Shown here piece by piece: positions 43,700-55,297 of a stretch of 64,000 bases of DNA. The DNA is from Amoebidium appalachense (Eukaryota > Protista > Ichthyosporea). The translations under genes were made by a program, and so were the position numbers. A model generated the notes under the pieces. The model worked only from the letters and a program-made list of their open reading frames with translations. It was not told where the DNA came from and did no database searches. The stretch spans positions 6,889,448-6,953,447 of the forward strand of contig CAVNZM010000003.1 of NCBI GenBank assembly GCA_963693365.1, in the 5' to 3' direction. How positions within the stretch are numbered: position 1 is the first letter of the stretch; each line of letters starts with the position of its first letter.

Positions 43700-44170
43700 T
43701 GGTCAGTGACTGTGGCACCATCCGATCACGTTATCTTCAGGCCTACACTCGGAGGCTCTGCCTGGTGACCTGAAACATGTGCAAAGGAGCACACATCCGA
43801 GTCTCTCTTTGGGTTTCGGGAAAGCTAAACATGCGCCGATATGCTTGCGTGTGGTATCAACAAGTCTTTCGGCAGTGTGCAGCACATGTATGTAGTAATA
43901 AAAGGCGCGTGTATGTGGATATTTTTTGATACTGACACTGACTCCACTCAAGACTGCAAGAGTCAAGCTTGCAGTCGTCAGTAGGGCACAACGGCAAACA
44001 GACCGTGGGGTTTCCAGGGTGTAAAACAAGTATCTGATAATGACAGCCAATCGGAGTTGGTGTAGACAATTGCACAAATAGCGTTCGCATTCCAGGATAA
44101 ACAGATCTGCCACAGTTCGAGTTCGGGGAGAATAGGACAGCAGGCGGATGGTTTGCTTACGCACATGCAA
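43700..44170 (-). pseudogene. Possible highly degenerate hAT-like transposase fragment
   Basis: The 155-aa ORF has segments in the order expected for hAT enzymes: RLLSY..RTVADLF, CRCALLTTAS..LSGVSVSIKKYP..YIHVLH (cf. DGA..M.G..GV..K..P....HC.AH) and DNVIGW (cf. D..TRW); key residues are altered. Confidence 0.3.
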
Positions 44171-44445
44171 AAATTTACTGATTAGAAATGGCTTTCCAAT
44201 TTGCTTCGTTTTATTTTGAAGGTGCTTCTATTCACAGTCATGCCCTTTCTTTTTTTTTCAACCTGAGGGTCTTTAATTTCACACATGAGTCATTCTTGAT
44301 GGATGATGATCAGGGTTAGACAATACCCCCAAAATACCCCCAAAAATACCCCACTGCCAAAAAAAAAATACCCCGCCTGGAAGAGGCTGGGGTACACTAC
44401 CCTTCCTGCGTAGGGTACGTGGCCGGATAGGGGAGTGTACAAATA

Positions 44446-44491
<46 letters not shown>

Positions 44492-45436
44492 CGAAGCGCC
44501 AGCTGGGGTGGGAATTCGGTGATAGGCCGGCCATTATTTTCATGCATGGGATAGTTCGCTCGGTTATCCAGCACTCAGCAGTCAAATATGATGAATTGTG
44601 GCCACCGTAATGGTAAAATTGGGGAACCTTTTGACATAATCTTAAGGTTTTGGGGGCTTTTTGTTGACATTAAGTTACAAATTTCATAGCCTTACACCAG
44701 TCTGATGGTCATTTTCGTTTTGTTTTTTTTGGCGCGAAACTCCCTCCCTTCAGTCAAAACACAGCCTTCAAGTCAGTTGTCAGGTGACTCAGAGCCGGTT
44801 TTTTTTTAAGTTCTCACGTGTCACGCTTTCACCCGTGTTGTTTTTGGGCTCTTTCGCTGTAGTCACTCTCTCCATGGGCAAACACGCGCTTCCTAGGGTA
44901 GCCCCTGTGGCTGCGAGCACTCGGCAGCCTGACCATCGCTTTTCAGATGGGAAGGAGCAGTCGAAGCCTGGCCCTAAAACACTCAAGTTGCTTAAACACG
45001 CTGCGGTGGTCAAGGCAAAGAAGGCCAAGCAGTCTGGTACGGTCGCCACTGAAAAGTCTGTGGGCCAGGAATCGGGTGCTAATATTTCGGTTGCCAAGGA
45101 GAGTGGTGGAGGTGGAGGAGGAAAATGCAGTCGTTTCTAACCCCCCGGCCCGGGGGAAGGGGGGTGGAGGGGGGGGGGGGGAGGGGGGGGGGGGGGGGGG
45201 GACAACGAGAGGGATATTATGTTGGAACTGGAAAGAAAGCCCAGTTGCCTGTAGGCAGAGGAGACAGGCAGAGAGAGAGCTGGGAGGGTAGTGAGGGAGG
45301 GGTGGGGGTTGGGGGGATAGGGGGAGGCTTCGGAGAGAAAGAGAGACCGGGAGTCTCAGAGCACCGTGAGAGAAGGGGAGAGAGAGAGATAAAGAGACTC
45401 TCGGGGAGAAAGGGAGAGAGAGAAAGTAGAGAGGAG

Positions 45437-45622
<186 letters not shown>

Positions 45623-46421
45623 TTGAAAACTGCCTGAGAGAGAGACTCGGGGGGGGGGGGGGGGGGGGGGGGGGGAGGGAGGGGGGGAGACGGTGAGAGA
45701 GAGAGACAGAGAGACAGAGAGGGAGAGGAGGAAGAACATGAAGAGAGAGAGACCGTCCGGAAAGCCTGGGGGAAGAGGGGGCGAGAGAGAGAGAGAGAGA
45801 GATATAAAGAGTGTGTGTGAGAGAGGGGAGAGAGAGAGAGAGAGAGAGCGAAAGAAAGAGAGAGACGGGGGGGGGGGGGGGGGGAGATAGAGAGATAGAG
45901 AGAGAGAGCGAAAGAAAGAGAGAGACGGGGGGAGGGGGAGAGAGGGAGAGGGAGAGAGGGAGAGGGAGGGAGGGAGGGAGGGAGAGAGAGAGAGAGAGAC
46001 ACACACAGAGAGAGAGAAGAGAGAGAGACCGTGGGAGAAATCCTCAGGAGAAAGGCTTATCTAAGAAACGACCACCGTTGAAGCTAGAGACACGGAGAGA
46101 ACTTAGCACACAGGAATAGGTGCGAATGTGGTGACACTAAGCAAAACTTTTCAGCGGGCGGCGCGTTGCGCGTGCCTCAGGCTATTCATTAAAGTTAGTC
46201 AGCAACACAATGTCTCTATCCTGAGATGAACAGGCGATTATAACGCCTAAACGAAAGTTAGACTGGCTGTCTCAGGTTATAATGGTGCGGGTAGGCGAGT
46301 GTGACATGCGTCACTGCTCAGTGAAAACAAAATCCCTGAGTTTCAAAAGCACCTGTATCAAGTCACGGTGTGTTTGGGCTCCTGAGGGGCTGTCCGCCAG
46401 AGGATATATTTACATATTAGC

Positions 46422-46662
46422 GGATAGGTTTTTATCTGATCTATCCAGAGTACGGCTTCACGTATAGCTTAGAGGGCCATTGCCATAGTTCTGGGTGCAA
46501 GCATCCGATCCCCAATGCGCTACATCCCGGGATTCGAACCAGGTGCCTCCTGCGTCGGATCCGGAGGCGAGGAGCATATATTAATCACCCGCTCGGCCAC
46601 AGTGGCTCCTCTGGGGTATTTCCAGGATCCGTACTCTGGATAGATCAGATAAACCTTCACGT
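46422..46662. mobile_element. ~240-bp cassette bounded by two copies of the putative P-element end repeat, enclosing the tRNA-like sequence
   Basis: TTTATCTGATCTATCCAGAGTACGG (46431-46455) is the exact reverse complement of CCGTACTCTGGATAGATCAGATAAA (46629-46653); the latter also recurs near 49621-49645. Confidence 0.6.
46519..46606 (-). ncRNA. tRNA-like (pol III promoter) sequence: tRNA pseudogene or tRNA-derived SINE head
   Basis: Minus strand GCCACTG-TGGCCGAGCGG (A box) ... CCTGG-TTCGAAT-CCCGG (T arm/B box) -GATGTAGC; acceptor stem imperfect and anticodon arm not canonical. Confidence 0.6.
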
Positions 46663-47826
46663 CGTCTGGTCCCCCGTGTTTACTTGCTGCCTCGTGCATG
46701 GCTGCAATAGTGGTTTCGTGGATGAGAGCGAGCATGTTGCCAACTTTCTGCTTTTGCATACTCGTGGGTGTTAGCACCTGGCGGTTGAGTTTCGGCGCTT
46801 TTTTGTATGACTGATTTTCGTCGACTCGGGCGAGGTTCCAAAAGCATTTGAAGGCGGGTTTCCAATTTGGCCTGAGATAGTATTGTTCTTCGAAGAACAC
46901 CAAATCCAGGGGTGGAACGACGAACGATTGGTCGGCGTCGCGTTGGTTTCGCATGTGTGCCCGAATAGGTTTTTGAAGTTGTGTGGTGAATCGACGATGT
47001 ACACCGTATTATCAGCTGGATTATTCGTCCATGGGTTTGGAAATACAACCGGTATATCTTCCTTCTTGTTGACACCCAAGAGGCGACACACACTGTTACG
47101 GTTCGTCACCAAGTTGTCGGACGAGAGAACCTTAATTTTGAGCCCGGCCGTTTTGTTGTTGATTTCCACTGAATCTGCACCCACGTTAGAAACTTGTTTC
47201 GCATTGTGCACGAGGTGCCCGGCATCTGAAACATTGCAAAAGAGGTGCGCTCCGTCTTGGTTACTAACCGCATCAATGTGCAACAGGTCCCGTGTCCGCC
47301 GAGACTTGAGGGACTGAATGAAGACTGCGTTCATGGTGGTTGCTGGTGTCATGGTCGCCGTGTTACTCGCCGTGCCCGTTATGTTGCCGTTCTTGTATAC
47401 CAGCCCCTTCTTCACGCTAATCTCGTCCCAGCCCATCTTAACAAGGTTGGTACCTTGCCCCAGATACGCGCTTGCACGTAAATTCATGTAGGTTTGATTG
47501 GGGGCTTTAAAACCAGTGACCAATGACCGATCGACGGAAGGGAATAACGACTTCATGTATGAGGGCTCCGGTAGGATGAGGGGGGTGCCACCCGTGGTCG
47601 ATCTCCATTCGTGCAAGTGCCATGTAGGCATTCCGGGATTTGCTAAATATAGCATCGGCAACCTGTATCCCAAGGAGGGGTATGTTATTAAGTGTTTGGT
47701 AAAAATCCTTAGTAAGAATCATAATAGCTTCGTACATTTTGTGCATATATATAGGCCGGTGTTTTTTTTGTTTTTGTTTTTTGTTTTTTTTTTGTTTGTT
47801 TGTTTTTTTTTGTTTTTTTTGTGGGG

Positions 47827-47860
<34 letters not shown>

Positions 47861-49181
47861 GCACTGACCATCAGTGTTACCGGCTCGTAGCGTCGCATTC
47901 TCACGTGCTCCTCTGACACCATTCAAAGTTTGCAGTGAAACTTGATTGGCCAAGAACCGGAAAGAGGTGGCTTTGGCATTGTCGCTGGGGGAGGTTGACT
48001 CAGCAAGGTTATCTGCAGCCCGCTCGAGGATATCCAACGCAAACAACACGGGCTTATCACCAACCAAAGTGCGCTCGGCGGTTGCCAACAACTCATCCAC
48101 GTCGACAGAATCGGGTTGTGGTGTGGACGGGAGGGGTGTCTGCTGCTGTGCAACTTGTTCCACCCGTTGTAATAGTGTGTGTAATTCCGACCATCTCGTG
48201 ACCCAACCATCTGCAAGGTGCTGGAGTAGAAAGGGTGTGGTACTTAACAAATTGGCGGTGGTAAGGGGTTGCGCTGGCGGGGAGGCGGGTAGGAGGGCAA
48301 AGGCTACGTAGTGACCATCGGATGTGAAATGGACATGACCGGCTAGTATGGGGAAAGGGAGCGTCCCGTTTTCGGTTTCCTTAATTTTCGCGTGGGTTTG
48401 AACACAAAAACTCAACGCCACACCGATTGTGGTCTTATGGGCTGACCAGCCCGGATGGTGTAGAATTGCTTGGCACACGGCATCAATGAAGTTAGTGTCT
48501 GCAAACCTAATTTGGTCTGCAAGGACACGAGCATACTCCTGCTCGAGCATAAGACGCTTGCTTCGCTCCTCTGCCTCTCGTTCGCTAAGTTCCCGTGCAC
48601 GTTTCTGCTGCGCTTCACGCTTACGTGCGTCTTTCTCCGCTCGTAACTGTTGCTTGCGCTCCTCCTCCGCCAACCGTAGTATAGCGGCTTCTGCCTCGAT
48701 TCTGTGTGCCTCCCTTTTCGCTGCTGCCTTTCTTACGTTTATGCTCCTTTCACCTATTACGATGGTTTTAGTTGGGTCCTTAGGGTCAGAGAAGATGCGA
48801 GGGGGTGATGGGTGGGTCGGAGTTGGGATCGCGAGAGAAGATCGCTTGCTTAAGGGGCCGGTTCCCTCGCGTTGGATCACAGGACCCCTTGGGAAAATAG
48901 TCTGCGTCAACGAAATGCTTGACGCAGACGTGAGGCCTACCATCTTTGTATGTTTCAAAGAAGCATGCCTTGCTACCCCATACATCCCCTGCCTGAAGGC
49001 AACTTTCATACCACAACTGCCACAGCTCTGGCTGCTTTTCCGGGTCGGGAATCCTAAAAGTAGAAACGGTAATGCTCTGGCCGACACCGGCTTGCGGGTT
49101 TACATTTTCCTTACCCCTGTCCTTTCGAGTCTCACTAGCATAGTTACTCTTACAGTTGTATACAGTGCACTTGTTCCCCAT
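46663..49181 (-). pseudogene. THAP-domain P-element-superfamily (THAP9-like) transposase, frameshifted and 3'-truncated
   Basis: THAP C2CH domain: MGNKCTVYNC..FRIP..W..VCVKHF..LK..AIPT; coiled coil; RRYEPVTLM|VADAIFSKSRNAYMALAR..LILPEPSYM across intron 47663-47868 (GTCAGT..ACAG); catalytic-region motifs WDEISVKKGLVY, SSDNLVTN, DSPHNFKN, APKLN..LTPTSMQKQKV. Frameshifts near 48845, 47900, 47610 and 46955; ends at the repeat at 46662, before the C-terminal catalytic E. Confidence 0.88.
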
Positions 49182-49604
49182 GATCTCTAAAGCGGAAACT
49201 AACCATCCCTAAAAAGATACAACGCCAGGGCATGGGCATATTGCCCATCCAGGTGCCACAGCAACCGTAGGTGTCTTTGCGAGGGCAGTGTTCAAACAGT
49301 ACACCTACGTACGGCGGTTTTTCCGGGGGTGCGGCCGCATAAACAGACCGGCGATCGGCCGCACTCTTGTAGGTCTAAATCACCAATCGGCCGAGCCGAA
49401 AGAGAGGTTAAACGTCAAATAAAAATTGATGAAATTTAACTCGTTTGTAGATCACGTTGCTGCCGAAGGCGAATAAATCTGTGGAGAACATTTTCCCGCC
49501 ATTTTAGTAGGCCGCACCACCCCCGAGACCAAAAATCTTGCGCAAACAAATGAGCAAATTCCGATGACGTCACGTTAGACGGCCTGGTGTTTCTAGATGG
49601 CCGT

Positions 49605-49653
49605 GGTATTTCCAGGATATCCGTACTCTGGATAGATTAGATAAACCTTCACG
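49605..49653 (-). repeat. Putative 5' terminal repeat of the P-like element
   Basis: GGTATTTCCAGGATATCCGTACTCTGGATAGATTAGATAAACCTTCACGT is a near-identical direct repeat of 46615-46662, about 430 bp upstream of the THAP ATG. Confidence 0.7.
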
Positions 49654-51324
49654 TTCGCCTCAAACCCATTTTTTCTTACACTCTCGCGACCGCGTGCATG
49701 CTTTCTCTCGCGGCGGCTCTACGGTCCCGAGAGTCCAGTGTTCGCTGTGTGTGTAAGGAAAAATACGAGTCACCTCAGTAGGTGACAGCAATAAAACCGA
49801 GTCAAACGAGGAAAAAAAAAGAAATACCCCACCTTTCGCGAGGCCAAAATGGATGACGTCACAAAACTTCGGAAAATACCCGACTGTGAAACCCAAATGT
49901 CGAACCCTGAATGATGATCTAATTTATATTTTGCCCATTTCTCGATATTATTTGGCAGAGCCAATCACCGCATTCCGAACTGGATTCCTGAGAATCCAGG
50001 CTAATCACCGCTATGCCACTTGGCCACGGTACGCGTTGACTGTTTTTTTCAGACACAGGGATAGGGAATTTCATTTTTTACACAACCTGTACATGTAACA
50101 GATTTCATATGTAGCCCCTGTCACGTAGAGCCTTTTTGCTCGTTCTTTTTACTCTTTCATTTGTCTATGTTCGCTCGCCAATTGGCCCAAGCCTAAGGAG
50201 TCGTATGTTTCTTCGAGTCATTTAGGTTCAAGCAAAACCCAAGATCTGTACCTGTAGTTGGAGCTCGAGTTTGTAGGGTAGAGCCTGAGCCGACAGCGTA
50301 TGCTACACAAGGCATCTTCAGGATGCTTAATAGGTGTACAACACAGCCTGACATTCATAAACACCAGTTTGGTCAACATTCCATGTACACGCACCATATA
50401 CGCCACAACGCCACCCCTTAAAGGAGAGTTCCATACACGTGACCAGAGCAGGCAACCCTTCACACCCATACATGACAGCCTAGAGCTAACAGGTCCCAAC
50501 AGTTCCAAGCAATTAACTCAACCATCTTAACACTTCTCCTATTTCATCTCGAGGCCGTTTATCACTCAGCACCCATTCAAGGCGACGCCTGTAGGGTTGT
50601 GGAGCAGGCAGGGGGGTGGGCATGGCGCCCCTCCTTGTGCCGGCAAGTGCCGATGGCAGAGGGTGTGTGGTGGAGAGGTCCCTCAGCTGTCTGTCTACGT
50701 CCTCGCTGACTGTATGTGCAGACACTCTCCTATAGCCCCTGTCTGTGTGTCTGTCTCCTTCCATGCACAAGGTTATGCATCACCTTTAGATTCTTTTTAG
50801 CTCCTGTAGGTTTGCACGCAAACACCGGCCGAACGGTTCCGTGCTCATCACCTTCGTTCTCGGGGCCAACACCAGTCGCTCTCAGTGTTGCAGTAGGTTC
50901 TTTGGCTCAAGCTCACGAACAGCACTTTTGACCTTCCACTGATGCTCGTCACCTTGTTTCTCCATGATGTATCTTATCCCGTATCAGAGGACCAGTTAGA
51001 CAGGAGTGATCGGGGTTGGCCTTTCTGGATTGTTCTGCTTTGCTAGATTGTTTTACTAGATCTCGTTGGATTGTTTTTAAAGGTATTTAAACAGCAAAAC
51101 TAACATGCACAGCATACCGATAACACGTCCATACGCCATGTCTCGCGCGCATCTTGCACAGCTCTACAACTGCACTTGCTAGTCAAAGAGGGCTTATGTA
51201 TATATTAGGAGTTGCAGGGTGTATGAATATTTATTTTTACTTTGTGGGTTAGTGTGGGTTTTGGGGGAGAAAGGAGTGGGGAAAGGGGGCCGGGTGCTGT
51301 TGCATACTGACAGAAAGATATTGC

Positions 51325-51381
<57 letters not shown>

Positions 51382-51405
51382 ACGTGTGTGTGTGTGTGTG
51401 TGTGT

Positions 51406-51436
<31 letters not shown>

Positions 51437-51764
51437 TGTGTGTGTGGATACATGTGCTTCTATTGCCATGAAACTAACCCCAACTCACGACCCCTCCAGT
51501 GCAGCTACACCTCCAGCCCCCCCGACTGGGACTCAGTGACTGGTTCACCGCCCGTCTTGTACCAGGTAGCCTACCATTGAATTTCCCAACGTGCACACTC
51601 GGTGTGATATTTCGCATGCTTACAGTGTGTCCATACTTCTATGTACCGTAATGTGTCCCCCGTTCTTCATTCAAAACCACCACCACCACCACTAAAGTGT
51701 TTATTCAAGTTTTAAGTTGTGTGTTTTTTTTGTTTTTTGTTTTTTTTGTTTTTTTGTGTGTGTG

Positions 51765-51801
<37 letters not shown>

Positions 51802-51880
51802 GTCCCCTAATGGACTCTTGAAGAAAAAGGAAAAAAGTCGGTTTTCCTGCTTCTTTCTTTCTTTCTTTCTTTCTTCTTTC

Positions 51881-51912
<32 letters not shown>

Positions 51913-52271
51913 TTAGGGGAGAGGGGGGGGGGGGGATGGGGGGGGGGGGGATGACTTTTTAGTGAAGATATGCTTTTTTGTTGTTTGCCAAATTGTTGTG
52001 CCACCATGCATGCGAAGGGTGTCCCAGCTTACTCAATAGCAATCGGAACCGACATAGTGTGCTCTGCGATTCCACCACGCACAGGTGAACAAGAAGGAGG
52101 GGGAAAGGTTTGAAGAAACAAATAGTGGGACATAGACTGGATGGGAGAAGAGAACACACTGCTTATCTGGTACACCCTGATGTCTGTTCGGTAGTGGGCA
52201 AACACACTCTCACTGACTCACTCACTCACTCACTCACACTCACGTGCGTGCACACACACACAACACACGCA

Positions 52272-52336
<65 letters not shown>

Positions 52337-52348
52337 ACACACACACAG

Positions 52349-52514
52349 GATGACGAAGGCGATTTTGTAGACATACCCCTAGACAGACCACGGCTCACCA
52401 TTCGGCAAGTAGCCACCTTAAGGGATGAGAAGGGCCAGGGAGGGAGGAGGGGGTCACTGGACTGGAGGGGGTGGGGGGACACATTGGCACTGCAGAGGAG
52501 AAAAACAGTGGCAG
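52349..52514 (+). CDS. Probable upstream exon of the syntenin-like gene ([16 protein letters not shown]...)
   Basis: (CA)nCAG acceptor, open non-repetitive frame, CAG|GTGGGT donor; shares an F..IPLD.P motif with the downstream exon. Phase to the next exon needs one extra C in the C-run at 53309-53317 or an unseen exon. Confidence 0.4.
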
Positions 52515-52605
52515 GTGGGTCGTGTGGCAATTTGTTTACTGGTAATAGGAAAGAATGGGATTGGGCGAAGATGGGGGGAGGGAGAGATTGTGTGGTTGGG
52601 GGGTC

Positions 52606-52645
<40 letters not shown>

Positions 52646-52718
52646 CGCGTGTGCGTGTGCGTGCGTGTGCATGCGTGAGCGCGTGTGCATGTGTGTGCGT
52701 GTGCATGCGTGCGTGCGG

Positions 52719-52782
<64 letters not shown>

Positions 52783-53075
52783 CCCTGTGCTCGGGGAGGA
52801 ACAAAGTGCATAGAAGGGCCAGGCAAACACACAGCCGGCTTGTTGCAGCCTGAGAGCCACGCCTGTCTGTATGCTGACAAACTGTGCGCAAGAATAAGGG
52901 ATGCACGTGTCTTTGTCCATGGAGGGGGGCACGGAGGGAAAGAGGGCGGGGGCGGTGGGGAGGGGACTATGAATGAGTAAGACAAAAGTCCGCAGATAGT
53001 GGCACATCCTGTACACTCCCCATTCTTCAAGCTGCCCCTAAACAGTTTGACACCCGCCCCCCCCCCCTCCCCCCC

Positions 53076-53119
<44 letters not shown>

Positions 53120-53150
53120 GAAAAAAAAGGAAAAGAAAAAGAAAAAAAAG

Positions 53151-53240
<90 letters not shown>

Positions 53241-53289
53241 CCTCTCCAGCAAGCAGATCCACCCCCTGACACCTACATTAACCCCACAG

Positions 53290-54277
53290 CACTTGGCCAA
53301 AGTTCCAGCCCCCCCCCGCAAGCATGCCCCTGACAAATTCCCCGCCCGTAATCCCCGTTAAACGATGTGCAAGCGAAAACTTGCACGAAAAAACCCCCCT
53401 GGAGGCCACAACTTCCATGCCGAACCTGCACCGAGAGGAGAAAAAGCAACCACGAAAACGCGCACACCGCACACACAGCCACACGGGATTTCTAAACATT
53501 CCTTTGGACACGCCAACACCACACACCCCACAGCACCACATGAGCGGGGGAAGATTAAGTGGTCAGGTGGTCGAAAAGAAACTTCATAGAGGGGGGAGGA
53601 AACATTTAGGAATGGGGCTATCACGGACCGCAACAGGGCTCTATGTTACGAGTGTGTGGGCACAGTGGCCCGCACACCAGGCAGGGTTGAGGTTTGGCGA
53701 CCAAATCCTAAAAGTCGATGGAATCTCAATCGGCAAATTGGGAGTTAACGAGGTCCTGGCCGTCTTTGCAGGCAAACCCTCTGTCACCATACGCCTCATA
53801 TCCCACCCCCTCGAACACACCGTGTCCGTCCCGCGATCGACCGGAAATCCGGAGCGTCTTGGTGTGACATTTATCGATGGTGTAATCGTGAAAATAGCAC
53901 CCTACTCGCCTGTACGTGCGCTTGCATGCGATCTACTCCACCATGTGATTGTGAGCATCAACGGACATACTGTTGTAGGCCTGCCTGACTGTGTGCTCGT
54001 GAGAAGATTCCAAGAGCCAGGGAATGTTGTGAGTTTTGGGGTGATGGCGTTGGCGCAATTTCAACAACTAGTGCCCCTGGGAGGTGGTTACGGGCAGCTA
54101 CAGCGCATGGCTTTATTGGATGTGATGTTGGCTAGGTGTGCGGCATTGGGCCATGACGTCACCACGGCCACACCATCGCCGCATCTAAATTTGGCGCTCC
54201 AATTGCCTAAAATGGCAGGTGGGGAATGCGGAAGGAGGTGCAATGCGGGGCCGGTGAAGAGGTGGAACAGTAGGTGA
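53290..54277 (+). CDS. Syntenin-like tandem PDZ protein (large terminal exon)
   Basis: HLGMGL..GLYVTSV..PAHQAGLRFGDQILKVDG..IRLISHPLEHTV..LGVTFIDGVIVKI..SP..HVIVSINGHTVVGLPD..VVSFGVM..F follows the recalled syntenin PDZ1-PDZ2 pattern (GLRFGDQVLQING, RPFERTI, INGQNVIGLKD) but is divergent; 5' structure uncertain. Confidence 0.78.
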
Positions 54278-55237
54278 GGAATGAAATCCCAGGCCGTGGT
54301 ATGGGTTGAACTCCAACCAGCTAGTTTGCATATCTGATCCTCGAGTTACCAGGGGGAGGGGGGGGGGGGGGTCCTAAGAAGTTCGCCCTAGTAGAGTACT
54401 GTCGACTGTTTTGCAAAATGCAAGGAATGTATGTTATAGAATAGGCAAAGATTAGCAAAGAATATTGATCAAGTGTACTAGGCACCGTATGGAATCTTGA
54501 AGAGCATTAACCATATATGGGAGTAGGAGATAGCCGGACTATCCACCCCACTGCATATCTCGCCATGTACAGCAACGGAGCACTGTGCTTATCATGAATG
54601 CAAACAATGCAAGTGTAAACCAGGTTACTGTTAACGAAATCATCTGGGTGTTTCAGTAATTTCCGCATGGAATGATAAAACCCTCGGGCCTTCCACCCTA
54701 AATTTCTTGAATTTTCAGTGGGGGCCCAACATTGGCACCTGAAATGTATTAGAGATTTCGTGACTGAAATATGAAACCATGTGTTTGAACAATGGTATGC
54801 ATGTACATACGTGTGTCCAGAGAGGTCCAGAGTAGATTCGTATCATGCATGCTGATGCACATTGTATAAAAACGCCCATTTTCAAAGGCCACCGGATGCT
54901 GGCAAACAGAAATGACCCAATCGTATCCAACAAATGCTATCGGAGTAACACCACATCCAGTGATATGAGTGTCCGCGGCTTTATGTATTCGTGCGTGCCA
55001 GGGCCGGGCGGCGGTAGGCGTTGGCAGGGCGGATGGGGAGAATCAGTAGCTCCCCCCACCCCGGGCCCCCGGCCCCCCCCCCCCCCCCCCCGCGGTGACG
55101 TCGACCGTTCGTGTTTTGACCACGTGCATGCATGTGCTTAACGTGGGTGGTGGGTGGACCGGGGTGCGGGTGGGTGGGTTGCAGTTACTGTAACACGTTT
55201 ACAGGGTGGGTTGTGTGTGTGTTGGGGGGGGGGGGGG

Positions 55238-55297
<60 letters not shown>

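Noticed and set aside
46519-46606. Functional tRNA gene
   Set aside because: Mismatched acceptor stem and no clean D or anticodon arm; kept only as tRNA-like.
46955-48850. Programmed frameshifting to express the transposase
   Set aside because: Four separate shifts, one a clear 4-bp duplication, no slippery-site pattern and a truncated 3' end; decay is simpler.
47507-49087. The 526-aa ORF as an intact protein
   Set aside because: It is out of frame with the THAP domain at its start and reads through an intron at its end; it is one frame of a frameshifted transposase.
48429-49190. 253-aa plus-strand ORF, and plus-strand ORFs at 46883-47317 and 40144-40626
   Set aside because: Antisense shadows of the transposase and RT coding sequences.
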